The notes beneath the pieces are model-generated. The model made no database searches and was not told the origin of the DNA. It saw only the letters and a program-made list of their open reading frames with translations. Positions 38,743-48,796 of a stretch of DNA of 64,000 nucleotides are shown piece after piece. The DNA lies in IMG/VR virus record IMGVR_UViG_3300037418_003661, one strand, 5' to 3'. Every line of letters begins with the position of its first letter. Positions within the stretch are counted from its first letter, which is position 1. Origin of the DNA: an uncultured virus (IMG/VR IMGVR_UViG_3300037418_003661). Lineage: Duplodnaviria; Heunggongvirae; Uroviricota; Caudoviricetes. Both the position numbers and the translations under genes were made by a program.

Positions 38743-39530
38743 TACATGCCCTCCGGCAAGCTGCCCGCGGCAAGCGCTCCGGCGCCCTGCCCGATGGCAA
38801 CCGTGTCCGCCTGCGCCATCACCTGGCGCGCGTGCGTCAATGCGGTCGAGGTGGTGGCCTTCTCTGCCTGTCCGATCTGCTTCGAGATCGCGGCGAAGCC
38901 TTGGGCCAGCCCACCCATGTTGGTGGGGTCGAGCTTCGCCGCCATGTCCGCTGCCTGGGCCAGCGAGTTGGCCGCGAACATGCCGTGCATCTCGGGCTCG
39001 GTCTGGGAAAGACCCTTGTGCCGGGTGTCCGTGGCACCCTGCGCGTGGTGGGTCTCTTTGCCCACGATGAGCTGGCTGTGACCGCCCTGATCGTCCAGCA
39101 TCTGGATCGAACCGGGGGTGTAATCATAACCAGAGCCCAAGCGCCCCTGCACGGCGTAGAAGTTCTTCTGATCCTTGAGCGAGGGATGCGAGGGAGCGGG
39201 GTAGTCGCCCTCCGAGTACATGACGCCCGTGACCTCGGCCTGGCCGACACCACCGTGCTTGCCGTGCTTCATCTCGACCTTGACTTCGGCCCCGTCGTGC
39301 GGCAGGGCGTGGATCCCCGTACCCGCTCCGGCCGACCACGGCACCGACACCCGCACGTTGTGCAGGGTGATGTTCATGAGGGGCAAGTAGACGTCGACGC
39401 GGTGCGGATCGCTCTTCTGCGATCCCTCCACCACGCGGCCGGTCATTGGACCCTTGGCGGGGTCTGCCCACTGGTCGTTGTAATGGCCGAAGGTGTCGTC
39501 CCAGGTAGGGCGGTTGAAGCCGAAGTCCAT
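38742..39530 (-). CDS. Baseplate spike OB-fold protein (gpV/gp5 N-terminal-like)
   Basis: GRVV...DPHRVDVYLP...VRVSVPWSAGAGTGIHALPHDGAEVKVEMKHG...VTGVMY. Confidence 0.8.
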   Translation of the reverse strand: MDFGFNRPTWDDTFGHYNDQWADPAKGPMTGRVVEGSQKSDPHRVDVYLPLMNITLHNVRVSVPWSAGAGTGIHALPHDGAEVKVEMKHGKHGGVGQAEVTGVMYSEGDYPAPSHPSLKDQKNFYAVQGRLGSGYDYTPGSIQMLDDQGGHSQLIVGKETHHAQGATDTRHKGLSQTEPEMHGMFAANSLAQAADMAAKLDPTNMGGLAQGFAAISKQIGQAEKATTSTALTHARQVMAQADTVAIGQGAGALAAGSLPEGM

Positions 39531-39531
39531 A

Positions 39532-41160
39532 CTAACCTCCCGACGCCGACGTGTCCTGGGTGTTGCCCAGGTTGTCGAGCGTGATGGGCTTGCCGTTGTT
39601 GGTTTGGTGCACGATGTAAGGCGCCCAGTCCTGACCAGGTGGCTTCTCGGCCGTACTCATGGCCTTCTTGACCGCGTTGATGGTCTTGATCTTGTTCTCG
39701 TCGGCTTCCGCGAAGGCAATGGCCGTCTTGAAGCCCTTGGCAGGACCCTGAGCCACCAGTTGGTGCGTAACGGCTTCGGCGCGGAAGGTCTCGCCCTCGA
39801 AGAAGCCGAAGTTGAAGATGCGAACGGCCGTGCCCGCGCGCACCCCCTCGTCGCCGGGGATGATCGCCGTACCCGCCCGCACGTCCTTGCCCCAGATGCG
39901 GAACATGGCGTCCACGAGCCCTTGGGCGTTCGCGATGTCGGTCGAGGTGATCGTGTCGTCGAAGATGTAGCGCGTGCGGCGCGTGAAGTGGCGCAGACCG
40001 GGGAACGCATCGGGGATGTTGGCCGCGAAGAAGCGGTCATCGGGCAGACGGCCCGAGACATTCACCACACCGGCGCTGGGCAACGCGGGATCGCCCGCGC
40101 TCTTGTTCTGTGCCTGCGGGTTGACCACGATCAGTTCGGAGATGGTGCCGATCGTGCTCCAGTCGGTCTCGGCCGAGATGACGTTGGGCGGATAAGTCAC
40201 CCCGTTGATCGTTGCGGGCACGAGGAACGACAACACGTAGGGGTTGTCGAAGTTGTCCGTGAAGCGGGTCTTCCAGGAGATCTGACCGCCGCCGTTCTGC
40301 TCGTCACCGATCTCCGCGAACAGCTCGCGCGGCTGTGCCTCCAGGCTGGCGATGTGCTTGATCACCTCCAACGGGAAGCGGTTCATGATGTTGAAGCCCA
40401 TGATGCCGCCGTCCACGTCCTGGGGCGGGGTCACCGGGCGCGTCGACTTCTCGATGGCCGGGGCGGTCAGCGCCCGCGTGTCGTTGGACGCGGTCTTGTA
40501 CTCCGTGTCACCCGGCTGGAAGTGCTCGACCAGGGGCGCGGGCAGGCAACCACCGTTGGAACCGGCATAGATGAGCCAGCCGATGATCTTGTGCTTGTCC
40601 AGGACACCGGAGTTGAAGTCCTTGGCGGCAATGCCCATCGCATCGGCAACCTCGTTGAGGGTCAGGGGCTGTTCTTGCGAGCGCACGGCGCCTGCCCCGG
40701 CACTCTGGTAGATCTGCCAGTTCTGTCCGAAGATCTGACCGCTGAACTTGTTGTCGATCAGGAACCGCATGGAGTCACGGCACGAGATCGTGACCTTGAC
40801 GCCCTTCGAGGTGCACTTGGCGTTGATGGTGTCGACGTAGCCGAAGAAGACGCGGTTGCGGCGTGTGACCAGCTTGTCGCTGAACAACGCGCTCGCGTAG
40901 CCCATGTCGATGATGATGGGATCTTCCGGTGCGATGTCCAGTTCCTTGGCGAGATCGAGCTTGCGATCGTTGGTCGACAGGATGCGGCGCGTCAGGGTGA
41001 ACTGCGCGCTGGACGACGCCCACAGGCGGGTCTGAGAAACCTTGGCCGAGAAGAGCTTCCACGGGGTACCACGACCGAAAACGGGGTCGGGGCTTGTCGC
41101 CCGCCCCGTTCGGTCCGCCCGGTAGACAGCTCCCCACGGAAACGTGTGGTGCTGGCTCAT
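39532..41160 (-). CDS. Baseplate hub protein (gp27/gpD-like)
   Basis: IDMGY...RVFFGYVDTI...VTISCRD and C-terminal IIPGD..VRAG..VRI...FRAEAVTH...GFKT. Confidence 0.75.
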   Translation of the reverse strand: MSQHHTFPWGAVYRADRTGRATSPDPVFGRGTPWKLFSAKVSQTRLWASSSAQFTLTRRILSTNDRKLDLAKELDIAPEDPIIIDMGYASALFSDKLVTRRNRVFFGYVDTINAKCTSKGVKVTISCRDSMRFLIDNKFSGQIFGQNWQIYQSAGAGAVRSQEQPLTLNEVADAMGIAAKDFNSGVLDKHKIIGWLIYAGSNGGCLPAPLVEHFQPGDTEYKTASNDTRALTAPAIEKSTRPVTPPQDVDGGIMGFNIMNRFPLEVIKHIASLEAQPRELFAEIGDEQNGGGQISWKTRFTDNFDNPYVLSFLVPATINGVTYPPNVISAETDWSTIGTISELIVVNPQAQNKSAGDPALPSAGVVNVSGRLPDDRFFAANIPDAFPGLRHFTRRTRYIFDDTITSTDIANAQGLVDAMFRIWGKDVRAGTAIIPGDEGVRAGTAVRIFNFGFFEGETFRAEAVTHQLVAQGPAKGFKTAIAFAEADENKIKTINAVKKAMSTAEKPPGQDWAPYIVHQTNNGKPITLDNLGNTQDTSASGG

Positions 41161-41163
41161 TGG

Positions 41164-41856
41164 TTAGCTGAAGTTCGTGAGGTTCGGTTGGGTGCCGGGA
41201 ATCGTGTTCGCCACACCGTCCTGGAACGACTTGAAGAAGTTGCCCTGACCACCGATGTTCTTGGCCGGGGTGTCGTTCGACAACGTCGGCGTCTTGAGAC
41301 CGTCGATGATCGAGTAGTCCGACGTGATGGCCGTGAAGCCCTCGGCGACGCCCTGCCACTGCACGGCGACAACGTGACGACCCGACGTGGCCGCCAAGTG
41401 CCAGGAGTCGATCTTGCAGGTCTCCAGAACGAAGCGACCCGTGACGTCGCGGTTCCAGGTACCGTCGATGTCGATCGAGCTGATCGCGCCTTCCAGCACG
41501 TCCGCGTCGACCGGGTTCATCGAGAAGGTGATCTCGAAGCGCGGCGAGCGGCCGAAGCGCTTGCGGCGGGTGATCTGGTTGAAGCCGAAGGTCTGCTGGA
41601 AGACGTTGACGTCGAGCAGGCCCTTCTCCAGAACGTAGGCGATCTGGAACTCACCGTCCAGGTAGCGCGGGTAGCGCTGGCCCATCTCCAGGTAGATCTC
41701 GGTGGCGTTGCGGACGGTCATCACGATCGACGTGAACTGACCGAGCAGCACCTTGCCACCCGAGGACTGGTCGGCCACCCAGCAGCCGACGTCAAAGCCC
41801 TGAAGGGGGTCGGCGCCGCCCTGGTTGAGCATGTTGGACTTGATGCTACCGGCCAT
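41164..41856 (-). CDS. Tail tube protein, paralogue A
   Basis: Lies downstream of the sheath; beta-rich 230 aa; DPLQGFD, YLDGEFQI..VLEKGLLD, PRFEITF and FVLETCKIDSW. Confidence 0.75.
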   Translation of the reverse strand: MAGSIKSNMLNQGGADPLQGFDVGCWVADQSSGGKVLLGQFTSIVMTVRNATEIYLEMGQRYPRYLDGEFQIAYVLEKGLLDVNVFQQTFGFNQITRRKRFGRSPRFEITFSMNPVDADVLEGAISSIDIDGTWNRDVTGRFVLETCKIDSWHLAATSGRHVVAVQWQGVAEGFTAITSDYSIIDGLKTPTLSNDTPAKNIGGQGNFFKSFQDGVANTIPGTQPNLTNFS

Positions 41857-41925
41857 CTTGGTGACTCCTCTTCTTCAGGGACCGCTCCTCATGGTAAGGA
41901 TGTGGTCATGTGTGATCTGGGCGCT

Positions 41926-43206
41926 TTAAGTGCTCTTGGAGGGTGGGGTGGGTGGACCTTCCACAAAGGTCTTGAAGTAGTACCCTTCGGTGTCCTGCTG
42001 ATACGCCACGTTCGCGTTCGCACCCGCGTTCGGGTCACCCGTCGCGCGCGAGTGGGGGCTTTCCGTTGGGCTGGGTCCCGGTAGCGCGTAGGATCGCTGG
42101 CCCTGACCCGCAGGACGCACCTCGCCCGTGTTGCCCGACCCAACTGGATCGGGGTGGGGCCGCACCTCGCCCGTGTTGCCGGAGAGGCTGCCCAGGCTGA
42201 CACGCAGGGTCGTGATCTGGTCGTCCAGGCTCGCCAGCAGAGGCACCGCCAGTGCGGGGTCGAGCGCCCCCAACCCCGAGGCAACGGCTGCACGCGTGAC
42301 TTGCAGCGCCGCCAACATCTGAGCGGGGGATCCGCCCCATTGGTTGATGGCCGAGCTAACACCCTCGTGGCTGCGCACGGCACCCAACTGGCGGTCGATC
42401 GAGTCCAGCAATGCCTGCTTTCCAGGGAAGTCTGGCAGGCTCGCGAGCACCTGCTTCTCCGCGTTCAGGATCATCTCGGGGCTGATCCAGTCAGGGTAGA
42501 GTTGGTACGACGCGGGTGTTACGCGTGGCGATGTCGAGGCGTAGTCCGCGTAGTCCTGGAAGAAGAACGTCGGCAGCTCGATCGGGTCGGTCGGACGTCC
42601 CTGCACATCGTAGCCGCTGCGCTTGTTGAATGGCATGTTGTCGAGCGTCAGCGGCTCGGCCCAGATCTGCTGAGCCAACCCCTTCCACTGGGTGACCACG
42701 ATCTCGCGCCCAGCGCGTGCGCCGAGTCCCCATTCATCGACCTTCGCCATCTCCAGTACCACGCGACCGCTGGGCGTACGCTCGATCTTCTGACCGAACG
42801 CCATGCAGGCTTCGTCTAGCGCGGCGAAGTCTACGGGATCGATGGCGAACGTGATCTTGAAACGTGGACTGCGTACGTAACGATTCAGCCAGTTGTAGGT
42901 CTTGAAGCCGAACGTCTCGCGGAACACGTTGACGTCGAGCAGCCCCTTGTCCATGGTGAAGCTGATCTGCTTCTCGCCGTCCAGGTAGATGGGCGTATCG
43001 TAACCCACCGGCTTGTAGGGCTCGGAGGCCACCTTGACCCAGATCTGGATCTGGGTGAACTGGCCCATGAGCACGTCCTTGTGCCCGCGCCCCATGTCCT
43101 GGACGAAAACGCCCACGTCGAATCCCTGGATGGGGTCCGGCCCACCCACGTTGATGACCTTCGAGTCGACGGACTGCTTCGAGCCCACCTTCGGGTCGAT
43201 CTGCAC
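41926..43206 (-). CDS. Tail tube protein, paralogue B, with ~240-aa C-terminal extension
   Basis: First ~185 aa align by eye with paralogue A (DPIQGFDVG, YLDGEKQI, KGLLDVNVF, RSPRFKITF, QWKG); the extension contains GNTGEVRP twice. Confidence 0.7.
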   Translation of the reverse strand: MQIDPKVGSKQSVDSKVINVGGPDPIQGFDVGVFVQDMGRGHKDVLMGQFTQIQIWVKVASEPYKPVGYDTPIYLDGEKQISFTMDKGLLDVNVFRETFGFKTYNWLNRYVRSPRFKITFAIDPVDFAALDEACMAFGQKIERTPSGRVVLEMAKVDEWGLGARAGREIVVTQWKGLAQQIWAEPLTLDNMPFNKRSGYDVQGRPTDPIELPTFFFQDYADYASTSPRVTPASYQLYPDWISPEMILNAEKQVLASLPDFPGKQALLDSIDRQLGAVRSHEGVSSAINQWGGSPAQMLAALQVTRAAVASGLGALDPALAVPLLASLDDQITTLRVSLGSLSGNTGEVRPHPDPVGSGNTGEVRPAGQGQRSYALPGPSPTESPHSRATGDPNAGANANVAYQQDTEGYYFKTFVEGPPTPPSKST

Positions 43207-43224
43207 GGGATGCTCCTACGAAGT

Positions 43225-43248
43225 GGGTCCGGGTCGGAACCCGGACCC
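43225..43248. other. Hairpin after the sheath gene
   Basis: GGGTCCGGGT-cgga-ACCCGGACCC, 10-bp perfect stem. Confidence 0.55.
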
Positions 43249-43261
43249 TTCGTCCATTTGC

Positions 43262-45688
43262 CTAGACGTCCGTCGCCAGGCGGTGCATGCCGTAGTCGAT
43301 CTCGTCCGCGGGGTACACGGGGTACCACTGGAAGTCGATGCGCACGCCCTTGCCCTGCGTCTTGGCCGAGATGATGGTGCCGCCCTTGATCTTGCCGACC
43401 GCCGCGAGACCATTGAGGTAGGTCTGGGCCATCGCCGCGATGTTCTGGAGCAGATCGCCGCCCTTCGGCTCGCTCTTCTCCGCCTGCGAGGCGAAGTAGA
43501 GGTCGGTCTTGATGCGGTTCGCCATCCGGCGGATGCAGACGTAGTACTCGGCCGCATCCGAGGACAGCGTACGACCGTTCAGGCGGTGGTAGCCGTTCGT
43601 CGCCGGGTCGAGGACCAAGGCTTCGAGACGACCGTCCGTGTACGCCTGGAAGTCGACGTCGTCGTTCTCCGTGTCGACCGCACCCACCGTCTTGAAGTAC
43701 GGCGAGCTGCTACGGGCGGCAGGCGAGACGTGCTCCGGTGTGGCGCACAGCGCACCGACATAGAAGCCATCCGGCGACACGCCCAGCTCCGGCAGGCGGG
43801 GCTGACCCGTGTACGTCGCCCAGCCCGCCACCATCACGGCCGAACCGGTCGTGGTGTCGTAGCCCGTGGCTGCCGTGGCCGCGCTGGTGGCGTCAACACG
43901 GCGGGCCGCGTTCAGGATGGCAATGCGCAGGCCCTTCAGGATCGTCGCATTCTCCGCCTGGGCAAGCAGCGCGTGACGGATCGCATCCGACGTCTGGCCG
44001 GGCGCGAAGATGATGTTCGCGCGCTTGGTAGCCAGCAGGCGGATGGCCGCCAGGTAGTCATCTTCGGTGATGGTGGAGCCGTCGAGGCCACCCGACAGGA
44101 AGCCGGTGCCCGTGGGCAGGTTGATGTTGTTGAAGTCGGCGTTCGGCGACAGGACGCCACGGACCGTGATCGAGCTGCGCAGCGCCGCGATCTCACGCCC
44201 GTTGATCAGGTCACCCGGCGTGAACGCCAGCGTGATCGTCTCGCTCTTGTTGTCGGAGTTGGTCAGCTTCACGTCCACCGTACCGGCCTTGGTGCCGGGG
44301 ATGAACGTGTACTTGATGAAGTTGCCGTCCGAACCCTCGCCGATGGCCGTCAGGGTCAGGTCGCCGCTGGTCACCGACGCCTTCGCCGCACCGTCCAGAC
44401 CACCCGTCAGGTTGCCGCTGGTCGGGTTGATCGTGAGGTCGGAGGTCAGGTTGCCGGTTTCCGCCAAAGCGTACTGGATCGCGTTGCCCGCCGCACCCGG
44501 CGTCTTCGCCGTCAGGACGATCTTGTTCAGCACGGAGTCGTAGACCGCCACGACGGATGCCTGCGCATCCTGGTTGACAGTCGTAACGAACGCCGCGTCG
44601 ATCGCCAGGGCGGTCTCGGCCGCGGTCAGCGCCACGGTGTAGTTCTTGACGACCACACCATCGATCACCGTCAGGGTCAGCGTCTCGTAGGAGCTGGCCG
44701 AACGGGTGATGACGGTGAGCTGGATCGCGTTGGCCGCGGCACCCGCGGTCTTGGCCGTCAGGGTGATGACGGCAGCCGAGTTGTTCGCGGTCACGTCGGG
44801 ATCGCCGCTGCCCGCGTTGATGGCTGCCACCAGACCCGCCGCGACGTTCGTGGTGGTGTTGCCCGCCACGACGCGGTAGGTGTAGGTGCGGCTCGTGGAG
44901 CCGTTGGTCACGATCAGCACGACGCGGTCGTCGGCCGTGATGGTGCCGCCGATGGTGTCGGTCGCCGTTGCCGCGATGGCCGCCGCACCGGTTGCCAGGG
45001 TGGCCGCCGAGCGGGTTGCCGTGACAGTCGCGCTACCACCCGTGCCTTGGGCCACGGCGCCTGCCAACGTGATGGAGTTGCCACCCGCACCCGCGGTCTT
45101 GGCGGTCAGGGTCACGACGGCACCACTCACGGTTGCCGCCACGGTCGGATCGCCCGCACCGTTGTTGGACGCGTTGATGACGGCCATCGCCCCCGCCGCG
45201 ATGCTGTTGACGGTGTCACCCGCCACGACCGTGTAGTCGTAGGCCACGCCACCGATGGTGATCGTCACGACGTTGCCCACCGTGACCGTGCCCGCGATGG
45301 TGACCGTGCCCGTGGCCGCGATGGCGTTCGCACCACCCGTCAGGGTGGGGTTGTTGAGCGTCTGGGTCTCGGTGGGCGAGACGTTGGCAACGGCACCGCC
45401 GATGGTGAACTGCGCGCTGGCCGAGCGGGCGGCGCCCAGGACACGCACGAAGCCGGTGTCGGTGGCGCCTTCGTCGCGGGCGCACTGCAGACCGACGGAG
45501 CCCTCGGAGAGGTCACGGCCGATCTTGTCGTCCAGCTGGGTGTCGCTGGAGACGAGGATCACGTCACCCAGCGCGCCGCGCTTCGACTTACCGACCGCCA
45601 CGGCGCGGTTCAGCGCCTGCTGCTGGACCGGAAGGGGACCGTCGATGATCTCTTCGATCGAGACGTTGGGGAAAGAAACTGCCGACAT
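43262..45688 (-). CDS. Contractile tail sheath protein
   Basis: FPNVSIEEI N-terminus, VGKSKRG, LTGGLDG/LSGGLDG motifs, C-terminal NGRTLS...YVCIRR...I and YPVYPADEI. Confidence 0.9.
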   Translation of the reverse strand: MSAVSFPNVSIEEIIDGPLPVQQQALNRAVAVGKSKRGALGDVILVSSDTQLDDKIGRDLSEGSVGLQCARDEGATDTGFVRVLGAARSASAQFTIGGAVANVSPTETQTLNNPTLTGGANAIAATGTVTIAGTVTVGNVVTITIGGVAYDYTVVAGDTVNSIAAGAMAVINASNNGAGDPTVAATVSGAVVTLTAKTAGAGGNSITLAGAVAQGTGGSATVTATRSAATLATGAAAIAATATDTIGGTITADDRVVLIVTNGSTSRTYTYRVVAGNTTTNVAAGLVAAINAGSGDPDVTANNSAAVITLTAKTAGAAANAIQLTVITRSASSYETLTLTVIDGVVVKNYTVALTAAETALAIDAAFVTTVNQDAQASVVAVYDSVLNKIVLTAKTPGAAGNAIQYALAETGNLTSDLTINPTSGNLTGGLDGAAKASVTSGDLTLTAIGEGSDGNFIKYTFIPGTKAGTVDVKLTNSDNKSETITLAFTPGDLINGREIAALRSSITVRGVLSPNADFNNINLPTGTGFLSGGLDGSTITEDDYLAAIRLLATKRANIIFAPGQTSDAIRHALLAQAENATILKGLRIAILNAARRVDATSAATAATGYDTTTGSAVMVAGWATYTGQPRLPELGVSPDGFYVGALCATPEHVSPAARSSSPYFKTVGAVDTENDDVDFQAYTDGRLEALVLDPATNGYHRLNGRTLSSDAAEYYVCIRRMANRIKTDLYFASQAEKSEPKGGDLLQNIAAMAQTYLNGLAAVGKIKGGTIISAKTQGKGVRIDFQWYPVYPADEIDYGMHRLATDV

Positions 45689-45704
45689 CGAGTGTCTCCT
45701 TTAC

Positions 45705-46658
45705 CTAGCAGGGGCTGTCGTCTTCACGCTTGAAGTAGAACGAGAGGTCGAGCAGACCCTTGGGGGCGGAGTCGATCAGCGCCATCAGGTCTGGGTCGAG
45801 GGTCGAGTACGGGTGACTTGTCGCTGGATCGGTCAGGTCACTCCGGTCGATCGTGGTACCATCCGCGCGAAGGAAGACGTTGCGCATCGTGTCGTAGAAG
45901 ACGTCGATCGTGGCGTTCTGCGCATCGGTGATGTAACCGACCTGGAGGTTCCCGTCCGACATCTCCACCGGCAGGTAGCGCGGTTGGCGACGCCAACGGA
46001 TCGGCACGTAGTAATCAGTGTGCCAGGTGATCGTGGCAGAATGTAGGATAAGATTGCTGCTCTTGTCCTGTGTGGCTGTCGGGTAGTCGATGTGGTGCAC
46101 GAAGGAGTTTGCGAGCAGCCGCATCTTGTTGCCGTTCGGGAACGCGGGCAGGTGGTGCAGATCGTCGCGCAGAACTGCCGCAACCACCTCCGCGTACTGG
46201 CGGACCGCCCACTCGATGTAGTTGTGCTCGAAGAGCGTGTTCTGCTCTTCGGAGATCGTGTTGTCGCTCTCGCTCTGGTTGGAGTAGCCGAACATGTGCA
46301 GCTTGAGCTGGATGTTGGCGCGTGCCTTGATGTAGGCGGTCAGGTCGGACTTGTCGCCGCCCAGCGTGGTTTGCTTCTCGTCGAAGACGACACCCGCGTT
46401 CTCGGAGTTGACCGTGAGGCTGGTGGTCGCGTCGCCCTGCGCGTAGTGGTAGGGATAGACGGACAGTGTGATGCCGTTCGGGTTCTTCAGCTCGCGCCCG
46501 TCGTAGTTGCGGAACTTGTTGATGCGCAGCGGCTTGCCGTTCACGTCGGTGATCGGTGGATCGACCAGCAACGGGTGCATGGCCAGACGGAAGATTGCCG
46601 TCTGCACGATCCGGTTGACTGTGACGGGAGGCCAGATCTGAACGCTGCCTTGTGCCAT
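45705..46658 (-). CDS. Putative neck/tail-terminator protein
   Basis: Position immediately upstream of the sheath and alpha/beta composition; no firm motif. Confidence 0.45.
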   Translation of the reverse strand: MAQGSVQIWPPVTVNRIVQTAIFRLAMHPLLVDPPITDVNGKPLRINKFRNYDGRELKNPNGITLSVYPYHYAQGDATTSLTVNSENAGVVFDEKQTTLGGDKSDLTAYIKARANIQLKLHMFGYSNQSESDNTISEEQNTLFEHNYIEWAVRQYAEVVAAVLRDDLHHLPAFPNGNKMRLLANSFVHHIDYPTATQDKSSNLILHSATITWHTDYYVPIRWRRQPRYLPVEMSDGNLQVGYITDAQNATIDVFYDTMRNVFLRADGTTIDRSDLTDPATSHPYSTLDPDLMALIDSAPKGLLDLSFYFKREDDSPC

Positions 46659-48347
46659 TTAGAAGATCCCTCGATTGAAGTAGTTGATGTCCTGGAATGC
46701 CTGGGACATCCGGTTGGAGAGCTTGGGCTGTGCCACACGCGCTCCCACAATGCCACCGGGCTCCTGCAACAGGGCCAGCTCGGCCTTACCCATAGGGAAG
46801 TGGTACACGATGTCCATCACGATGCTCTTGGGCTCGCCATCGAAGTCCGTCGCGAGCACCAGCGTGTTGGGCACGGCACCGAAGACGACTTCGGGCGGCG
46901 CGCTCAACAGATCGAAAACCAGCTTGTCCTCCGTGACGGAGAGTTGGTAAGGCACGATGCGGATCCCAGGAGCCGTGACGGTGTTGCCTGCCACTTGCAT
47001 CTGGGTCGGCGAGCGCAGCGCGGGTAGCACCTTGAGCTGCTTCGAGATCAGGTTCATGTCGTCGGCCATCAGGCGCACGACGTCGTCGGCAGTGGATCCC
47101 CGCGGGATCTTAACCACGCGAGCAGGCACCCCGTACGAGCTGGCTGCCACGTTGCCGACCTGGTACTTCAGCACCCCGTCCTGACTGGTCTTGCCGGAAA
47201 CCGACGTGACCTTGAAGTAGAACGAGTCGTAGAGTGCGTCGCTGATCGCTGCCGTGGGGTTGGTCGCGCCGGGCTTGAGCACGGCAGCCGTGCCTGCGTT
47301 GCCGGGGGTGATGTCGATCAAGACCGAGTAGGGACCCTTCTGCGAGAGCAGGGTGTAGTCGGGGTGGTCGAGCTGCAGGATGTTCTGCATCACGCCGTAG
47401 ACGATGCCCTTGATGCCCAATGTGCCGCTTGCGTTCAGCAACTCCAGCGTGCAGAACAACGCGCTCACGATGAGGTCGTGCTGGCCCGCGTAGAACGACA
47501 TCCACCCCATGTTGACCTGGAGCGATGGGATCACCGTCAAGGGGTTGCCGACCGAGTCCGTGGTCTGCATGACCCGGCTGGTCGTGATCAATGGACCCTC
47601 GTTGGGGCCAATCACGAGGTTGAACTTGGTGCCCGCCGGTGCCGCCGCGAGGTAGGCACGAACCGCGCCCAGCAACTTGTTCATGATGACCGCAGGCGTG
47701 TCGCCCACGGCCACGGGCGCGCTGACCTTGTACTGGTTGACCCACAGGTTTGCCACACCGTCTTCTTGTGCACCGGGGTACGGCTTGACGGCGTTGTTGA
47801 TGGGGTCGTAGGTCGTGGGGTTGACGTCGAGCGCCATGAAGATGCGAGGGCTCTTGTCTACCACGGCCGACGAAGCAGCCTTCGCCGCGGCGGCAGCCGC
47901 TGCCGTCAGTTCGGGCGAGCTGGTCAGCTGCTTGAGGTCGGCCATCGCCTCCTTCTGGAGGTCCGAGGCAATCTTCTGCTGCTCGGGCACCTGGCCCGCA
48001 AGCATGGTGGTCATCCACGACGCGGCCAACCGGGCGGCGATCATGTAGACCATGTCCTTGACGATGGAGTTGGTCATCACCTGGAAGACCAAGGTGTTCG
48101 CCGTCGCCTGAATCGTAGGATCGGCGAGGTCGCTCAGCTCCTCGTAGAAGACCATCTTGCCCACACCGGTGCTGGTCTGGGCACGCGCGCTGATCAGGTA
48201 GCCCCGAATGCGGGGGAACGCGCTCTGGTTCAGGTAGCTCAGGATCTTGCTGTTAGGAAAGGTGCCCGTGTCCGACAACACGACGTTGTAGTCACGGACC
48301 TGCTGGACGATGGGATCGTTCGGGTTGGTGATGAACGGCGTTGCCAT
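46659..48347 (-). CDS. Putative head-tail adaptor with C-terminal extension
   Basis: N-terminal helical MIAARLAASW...LQKEAMADLKQL resembles Mu gp36-like connectors; position after the head genes. Confidence 0.5.
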   Translation of the reverse strand: MATPFITNPNDPIVQQVRDYNVVLSDTGTFPNSKILSYLNQSAFPRIRGYLISARAQTSTGVGKMVFYEELSDLADPTIQATANTLVFQVMTNSIVKDMVYMIAARLAASWMTTMLAGQVPEQQKIASDLQKEAMADLKQLTSSPELTAAAAAAAKAASSAVVDKSPRIFMALDVNPTTYDPINNAVKPYPGAQEDGVANLWVNQYKVSAPVAVGDTPAVIMNKLLGAVRAYLAAAPAGTKFNLVIGPNEGPLITTSRVMQTTDSVGNPLTVIPSLQVNMGWMSFYAGQHDLIVSALFCTLELLNASGTLGIKGIVYGVMQNILQLDHPDYTLLSQKGPYSVLIDITPGNAGTAAVLKPGATNPTAAISDALYDSFYFKVTSVSGKTSQDGVLKYQVGNVAASSYGVPARVVKIPRGSTADDVVRLMADDMNLISKQLKVLPALRSPTQMQVAGNTVTAPGIRIVPYQLSVTEDKLVFDLLSAPPEVVFGAVPNTLVLATDFDGEPKSIVMDIVYHFPMGKAELALLQEPGGIVGARVAQPKLSNRMSQAFQDINYFNRGIF

Positions 48348-48363
48348 GGGTCACCTATGAAAG

Positions 48364-48390
48364 AGGCGGGGAGACAGAGCCTCCCCGCCT
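48364..48390 (-). terminator. Probable intrinsic terminator after the head genes
   Basis: AGGCGGGGAG-7nt-CTCCCCGCCT, 10-bp stem followed on the minus strand by CTTTCAT. Confidence 0.55.
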
Positions 48391-48408
48391 TGACTTACAA
48401 AACCAGCG

Positions 48409-48771
48409 CTACTCCGCCTTGGGCTCCTCGGGCGCAGCCGCCGAACGGCGACGCGTCTTGGGGGCTTCCGGGGTGGCTTCGGCGGTCGCCTCGACCGGGG
48501 CTTCCGCTTCGGGAGCGTCAGACACCTGGGTGGGCTCTTCGACCGGGGCCTCCTCGGCGGTGGGAGCGGCCGGAGCCTCTTCCACCGGAGCGGGGCTCTC
48601 CGCGGGGGCGTCGACCTCGTCGGTGCCGAGGTCGCGCTTGAGAGCGTAGATCGGGTAGACACCCGACTTCTGCTCCTTCAGCTCGGCCCACTGGCGGTCG
48701 GTGACGGTTTGCTCGTCACCGACGTAAGGACCTTCGCTACCGCAGGGATGGATGCAGACGATGTGCTTCAT
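48409..48771 (-). CDS. Small head-region protein with acidic Pro/Ala-rich tail
   Basis: About 45-aa globular N-terminus followed by EEAP repeats; GAGG RBS. Confidence 0.7.
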   Translation of the reverse strand: MKHIVCIHPCGSEGPYVGDEQTVTDRQWAELKEQKSGVYPIYALKRDLGTDEVDAPAESPAPVEEAPAAPTAEEAPVEEPTQVSDAPEAEAPVEATAEATPEAPKTRRRSAAAPEEPKAE

Positions 48772-48796
48772 GGTGGGGTCCTCGTTCCTTCTGGGC

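Noticed and set aside
33120..45688. Interpretation as an extracellular contractile injection system, tailocin or T6SS (two tubes, VgrG-like spike, PLD 'effector')
   Set aside because: Portal, protease, major capsid and terminase are intact in the same operon, so this is a DNA-packaging phage.
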